Below the pieces are notes generated by a model. It worked only from the letters and a program-made list of their open reading frames with translations. It did no database searches and was not told the DNA's origin. Shown in pieces: positions 60,186 through 64,000 of a DNA stretch of 64,000 nt (the stretch's first letter is position 1; each line of letters starts with the position of its first letter). Made by a program: the position numbers and the translations under genes. The DNA comes from Bdellovibrionales bacterium (GTDB lineage: Bacteria; Bdellovibrionota; Bdellovibrionia; Bdellovibrionales; JAMPXM01). Location: contig JADJOF010000004.1 in the NCBI GenBank assembly GCA_016713885.1, positions 133,079 to 197,078 on the forward strand, given 5' to 3'.

Positions 60186-60654
60186 AACTTCGGCGTAGCC
60201 AAGGCCTTCGCCCTCCCGTTTGTTACTGCGATCAGGTCGCTCTCAAATCACTTTCAACACGCTCATTAAGCGCATCGCGAGAGTTACTCAAACGCCGAGA
60301 CTTTTCAAATACTTGAATCGAAACAAGTATCACCTTGGGCGCGCCGTGGCTAGCAAGCGATCTGAAGGTTTTTTGGTGCACTGCGGAAAGCATTTCGCGC
60401 TTTTCCTTTGCCGCTCGAAAAAGAGGCTGCCTAGACTTTTAGGTGGTGTGCCTCTGCTCTGTCGAACGAGTCAGCTGACTGGATGTCGGCTCGAACTCCA
60501 CGTCGGCAAAGCAGCGTAAGATCAAGGCACATGCCCCGGATTTAAGCTGGCCAGGATGACCAGTCGCTATCTCGGAGCATCAGGAAGCAATTCAATGATT
60601 TGCGAAGGACGTCGGAGGGGGCGCGCCTTCCGCGACGTCACCTAGGGAGGGGAC

Positions 60655-62166
60655 ATGAACGGATTCATGAGGGCAGCTGCCCTTGCATTAAGCATTTTTA
60701 TCGCAGGCCAAGCGCAGGCCACGACCGGTGGAACAGACTGGCTGGTCAAAGTCGAAACAAAGAGAACCGAGGCCTTTACTGGTCAGTTCAAAATGATGGG
60801 AGCGAAACTCGAAACTCTGACTCGCCCACTTCGCGACGGCACCAGCTGGGTTCGACTCACAGCCCCCAACAAGGCAAAAGCATTTAGTCTCGCGGCACTC
60901 CGCGCCGTTCCCGGCGTTAAGTTCGTACAACCCAACTATCGCGTCCACCTCCTCAACAACTATAAAGTTGAAGATGCGAAAACTCTGCAACAACTCAAGA
61001 AAGTGGCAGAGCAAGGCGGCATCGACGACATTCTCGGCGGACCAAAACCCGACAATCCGGAGATCCCACGCGCGAGCAACCCTGGCAGCGGCGGCGATCC
61101 GCTCATGGGCAGCCAGTGGGGAATGAATGACAACAACATCCGCGCCGGCTGGAATGGCAACAAAGGCGAAGGCGTTGTTGTGGCCGTTCTCGATTCGGGC
61201 GTCGACTACACACACGAGGATCTCGTCGACAATATGTGGAGAAACCCGGGCGAAACTGGCAACGACAGCCAGGGGCGCGACAAGTCGACCAATGGTTTTG
61301 ATGATGATGGCAACGGCTACATCGACGACGTTGTGGGATGGGACTTTGTTTCAAACGACAATAAGCCGTTCGATTTGACAGCATCGCTGATGGATATGCT
61401 CACCGGCGGTGGAAACCCCGGACACGGCACTCACTGCGCTGGCAACGTCGCTGGCCGCGGCGAGAACGGCAAAGGTATCGCCGGTGTTGCGCCACGCGCG
61501 AAAATCATGGCGCTTCGCTTCTTGAGCGAAAAGGGCGAAGGTTCGTCCGATGGCGCGATCAAAGCGATTCAGTACTCAGTGAAGATGGGCGTGAAAATCT
61601 CGTCAAACTCGTGGGGTTCCGAAGGTGAAGATCCCGCTGATGCCGCTGGCAACCAAGCTCTCCGCGACGCTATCGACGACGCTCGCTACGCTGGTCAGTT
61701 GTTCATCGCTGCTGCTGGAAACGGTCGCGTCTCTGGCACCGCCGCCAACGGCTACGACAACGACACCGACGCGAAACCCGGCTACCCAGCAAGCTACCCA
61801 CACGAGAACATCGTGTCGGTCGCAGCTCTCGACTCCAAAGATCAGCTCGGCACGTTCTCGAACTGGGGACTCACCACTGTCGACATCGGCGCTCCTGGCG
61901 TAAAAGTGTTCTCGACAACTTCGGACGGAAAATACAGCGACACCGTTGTCGATCTGCCGATGCTCGGAATCACCGCGACTTGGGACGGAACATCGATGGC
62001 GACTCCGCACGTTGCTGGAGCTGCGGCGCTTTACCTTGCCGACCACCCCGAAGCTTCGGCTCAACAGATCAAGTGGGCGATCATGGGCAGCGCAAAATCA
62101 ATCAACTCACTGAACGGCAAAGTCGTCACTGGCGGTAAACTGTCGGTTCAAGATTTGATGAAGTAG
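60655..62166 (+). CDS. Secreted subtilisin-like serine protease (S8 family)
   Basis: 503 aa with a signal peptide 'MRAAALALSIFIAGQAQA' and the catalytic triad contexts 'VAVLDSGVDYTHEDL', 'GHGTHCAGNVAG' and 'GTSMATPHVAGAAAL'. Confidence 0.9.
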   Translation: MNGFMRAAALALSIFIAGQAQATTGGTDWLVKVETKRTEAFTGQFKMMGAKLETLTRPLRDGTSWVRLTAPNKAKAFSLAALRAVPGVKFVQPNYRVHLLNNYKVEDAKTLQQLKKVAEQGGIDDILGGPKPDNPEIPRASNPGSGGDPLMGSQWGMNDNNIRAGWNGNKGEGVVVAVLDSGVDYTHEDLVDNMWRNPGETGNDSQGRDKSTNGFDDDGNGYIDDVVGWDFVSNDNKPFDLTASLMDMLTGGGNPGHGTHCAGNVAGRGENGKGIAGVAPRAKIMALRFLSEKGEGSSDGAIKAIQYSVKMGVKISSNSWGSEGEDPADAAGNQALRDAIDDARYAGQLFIAAAGNGRVSGTAANGYDNDTDAKPGYPASYPHENIVSVAALDSKDQLGTFSNWGLTTVDIGAPGVKVFSTTSDGKYSDTVVDLPMLGITATWDGTSMATPHVAGAAALYLADHPEASAQQIKWAIMGSAKSINSLNGKVVTGGKLSVQDLMK

Positions 62167-62256
62167 TTTTTGTGACGCGCAGGTAGCCGCGCGCTTTTCA
62201 ACAAGGTCGCCTCGCACGGATGGAGGCGCCTTCTAAAACGATGAGAACTATCGACG

Positions 62257-62284
62257 AGCCGGGCCTTTGAAGCCCGGCTTTTTT
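62257..62284 (+). terminator. Rho-independent terminator after the S8 protease gene
   Basis: Stem 'AGCCGGGC'/'GCCCGGCT' with a 6-nt loop, followed by a T-run. Confidence 0.75.
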
Positions 62285-62303
62285 CGCTGAGCGGTTTTTT
62301 CCA

Positions 62304-62645
62304 CTATGAGTTGTCATCAATTTTGTCGAGGTATTTTTCCAGCCGATCAAATTGAGCTTCCCAGAATATTCTGTAGTGAGCGATCCAAGCATTGGCTCGC
62401 TCGAGCTCTTTCGGGTCGATTCGACAACGCCGTACTCGGCCATCCTTCTCTTCCTTGATAAGCCCTGCTTCACGGAGCACTCCGAGATGCTTCAAAATTG
62501 CCGGCAATGACATTTGATGTGGTTCTGCAAGTGACGACACAGTGGCCTCTCCATGAGCCAATTGGGCAAGTATCTGCCGCCTTGTCCGATCCGAAAGCGC
62601 AAAGAAAACCCGATCGAGGCGCTCATCGCTTGCATCTTTTTTCAT
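62304..62645 (-). CDS. ArsR/SmtB-family transcriptional regulator
   Basis: 113 aa with 'VFFALSDRTRRQILAQLAHGEATVSSLAEPHQMSLPAILKHLGVLREAGLI'. Confidence 0.85.
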   Translation of the reverse strand: MKKDASDERLDRVFFALSDRTRRQILAQLAHGEATVSSLAEPHQMSLPAILKHLGVLREAGLIKEEKDGRVRRCRIDPKELERANAWIAHYRIFWEAQFDRLEKYLDKIDDNS

Positions 62646-62646
62646 A

Positions 62647-62838
62647 TCACGCAGAAGCTTCTTTAAGAGCCGTAAATCGATTCAGCCATTTTTGACGGGC
62701 CAAAATTCTTTCTTCTTCCGTTGCAAAGCCCCACTCCGTCAATGCGATGCAAGTGCCAAACCTGCACGGAGTTAACTTTGCCTCAAAATTTTCCGATTGA
62801 ACAACTGTGATCCCTCCTGGCAGGTCGGTTGTTCTCAA
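62647..62838 (-). pseudogene. Possible remnant of a second SRPBCC/AHSA1-like gene
   Basis: The 63-aa ORF (TTG start) 'TDLPGGITVV...CIALTEWGFATEEERILARQKWLNRFTALKE' resembles only the C-terminal third of an SRPBCC domain. Confidence 0.3.
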
Positions 62839-62858
62839 TTGAGAACTTGGTCTTTCAA

Positions 62859-63338
62859 TTAATTTAAAAAAGATTTGGTAACTTCGATCTTATTCGAAAA
62901 TGTCTCTGCAATCGACGCACGCTTAGTATCGGAAGGCCCCGAATTTATTTGCAATGCCCAAAGCTCCATATAAACCAGCCATCCCTCATCGTGTTCATCG
63001 AAAGACTTCTGATCCAAGAAGCCCTCATGGCGAAGCGAAAGACGAGTACCGTCCGCTTCTCTCTTGAGAGTCACATACACCGTTGTCTCCAATTTCAAAT
63101 CGTCACACCCTTGAGTCCAAGTGAACGCAATCTGCTCGTACGGATCCAGGTTCAGAAACTTCCCCTGAATCGGTCCGCCTTCTTCACCAAAATGAAAGCG
63201 GATCGTACCTCCCACTTTTGGATCGGCCTCCACCTTAACTCCGAACCACTGAGACAAGTGCCGTTCAGTGGTCCATACTTCATACAGACGCTCAGGTGAT
63301 GCTTTGAATATTCGGTCGATTGTTAGACTCATACTCAT
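62859..63338 (-). CDS. SRPBCC-superfamily protein (AHSA1/Aha1-like)
   Basis: 159 aa with 'IDRIFKASPERLYEVWTTERHLSQWFG...GGTIRFHF...IAFTW...GTRLSLRHEGF'. It has the typical partnering with an ArsR regulator. Confidence 0.8.
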   Translation of the reverse strand: MSMSLTIDRIFKASPERLYEVWTTERHLSQWFGVKVEADPKVGGTIRFHFGEEGGPIQGKFLNLDPYEQIAFTWTQGCDDLKLETTVYVTLKREADGTRLSLRHEGFLDQKSFDEHDEGWLVYMELWALQINSGPSDTKRASIAETFSNKIEVTKSFLN

Positions 63339-63373
63339 TCTGAGTTCTCCTTACTGGTTTAAAGCAGCGCCGC

Positions 63374-63399
63374 AATGGTTAACCTATCAGTTAACCATT
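63374..63399. promoter_or_regulatory. Candidate ArsR operator (perfect 10-bp inverted repeat)
   Basis: 'AATGGTTAAC'-N6-'GTTAACCATT' lies 36 nt upstream of the SRPBCC start. A third half-site-like 'AAATGGTT' is at 63403-63410. Confidence 0.45.
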
Positions 63400-63725
63400 T
63401 GCAAATGGTTTCTAACTTGGCTTTTTTTGCTCTACGCCCGACGGACACCTCAAACCGAGACGGCAGGCCATGCCCCTTGACGTCGCCGCCCACAGAGCCA
63501 ATCACGTGCCCCCTGTTGCCCAACGCAGCGGAGACCTCGAGCCTGCTGGAATGCCGTTAAGGAAGGGCTCGTTCGATGTAAACTTCCCCGCCCCCAAAAA
63601 ATGCGCGGAATTCACTGGAGCCCCCCACTTTGATTCGATCCTTCGCCACCTCCGCTTGACGTTTTTTCCCATCTAAAGTAGATCCTCGGTCACCACGGAA
63701 TTGAATCCGGCAAGAAAGGAAAACC

Positions 63726-64000
63726 ATGGCCCGAAAACAATCGTCCTTTCATGGCTTTCCAGAGAAAGAGCGCGCTTTCTCCCCGGGAAACAGAACGACG
63801 CGAGAGTCACGCCAGTATCGACCTCTCGCAACTAAAGAGGCAATGCACCTTGTCTTAAGAAGTGACCGGGCTCGCGGCCCAAAGTCGCTCCTAAAATACG
63901 ACCGCATTGTCCGTGCGGTGATTGCAAAAGTCGCAAGCCGCCGCGGCGTTCGCATCTATCGCATCGTGAATGCCGGAAACCACCTTCACATCACCTTGAA
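63726..64000 (+). CDS. Y1 (HUH) transposase-like protein, 3' end beyond the window
   Basis: Not in the ORF track because the frame is open at the window end. My translation is 'MARKQSSFHGFPEKERAFSPGNRTTRESRQYRPLATKEAMHLVLRSDRARGPKSLLKYDRIVRAVIAKVASRRGVRIYRIVNAGNHLHITL'. 'HLVLRS...' and 'NHLHI' fit the IS200/RAYT-type Y1 transposase fold. Confidence 0.6.
   Translation, partial: MARKQSSFHGFPEKERAFSPGNRTTRESRQYRPLATKEAMHLVLRSDRARGPKSLLKYDRIVRAVIAKVASRRGVRIYRIVNAGNHLHITL

Noticed and set aside
60430-60560. Signal recognition particle (4.5S) RNA
   Set aside because: Short matches to the E. coli 4.5S sequence ('AAGCAGC' and 'GCCCCGGAT..AGCTGGCCAGG' resembling 'GCCGGGAUGUAGCUGGCAGG') caught my eye. 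However, the hallmark domain IV motif (GGUCC-GNRA-GGAAGCAGCC with its symmetric loops) cannot be built, so I report only an unclassified structured region.

Overview
This 64-kb chromosomal segment is densely coded on both strands. Gene content suggests a Bdellovibrio-like (Bdellovibrionota) bacterium: short flagellin, several secreted hydrolases, a TIGR02147/DUF4423-like paralog, cbb3 oxidase and a Lys/Ala-rich H1-like protein. This taxonomic call is an inference only.

Housekeeping blocks:
- riboflavin operon ribE-ribBA-ribH, followed by an NtrY-like kinase
- clpB, fliC, a xerC/D-like recombinase, gmhB and recO
- an apparent ugd-uxs fusion
- a complete cbb3 oxidase and maturation cluster (ccoI-ccoS-ccoNO-ccoQ-ccoP-ccoG)
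- a nuoB-CD-E-F-G-I cluster that encodes only the hydrophilic arm of complex I
- two sigma-54 activators, two sensor kinases, an MCP, an S8 protease and an ArsR-SRPBCC operon

Accessory and mobile content:
- an IS4-like element with clear 13-bp terminal inverted repeats and a 9-bp target duplication
- an rve-type IS
- two diverged Y1/HUH transposase-like paralogs, one truncated and one running off the window
- an HNH endonuclease
- a 31-bp direct repeat with a palindromic core that brackets a 3.3-kb module

Most interesting candidates:
1. An operon downstream of nuo that combines a His-box lipid hydroxylase fusion, a PLD-like enzyme and a PlsC-type acyltransferase fused to an HHxxxDG domain.
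2. The peripheral-arm-only nuo cluster, abutted by an unknown 345-aa ORF.
3. A sigma-28-like promoter in front of a FecR-domain/TPR-barrel gene pair.
4. A bipartite protein with a basic H1-like half and an acidic tail.
5. The DUF4423-HExxH pair between the 31-bp repeats.

Major caveat: at least ten conserved reading frames (nuoB, nuoCD, ccoG twice, uxs, the acyltransferase, the hydroxylase and both IS transposases) are broken by single-base frame changes. Where I could localise them, they mostly fall in short homopolymer runs. This looks like assembly indel error rather than biology. Fusions, truncations and pseudogene calls here are therefore provisional.

I recognised no rRNA, tRNA or CRISPR array.
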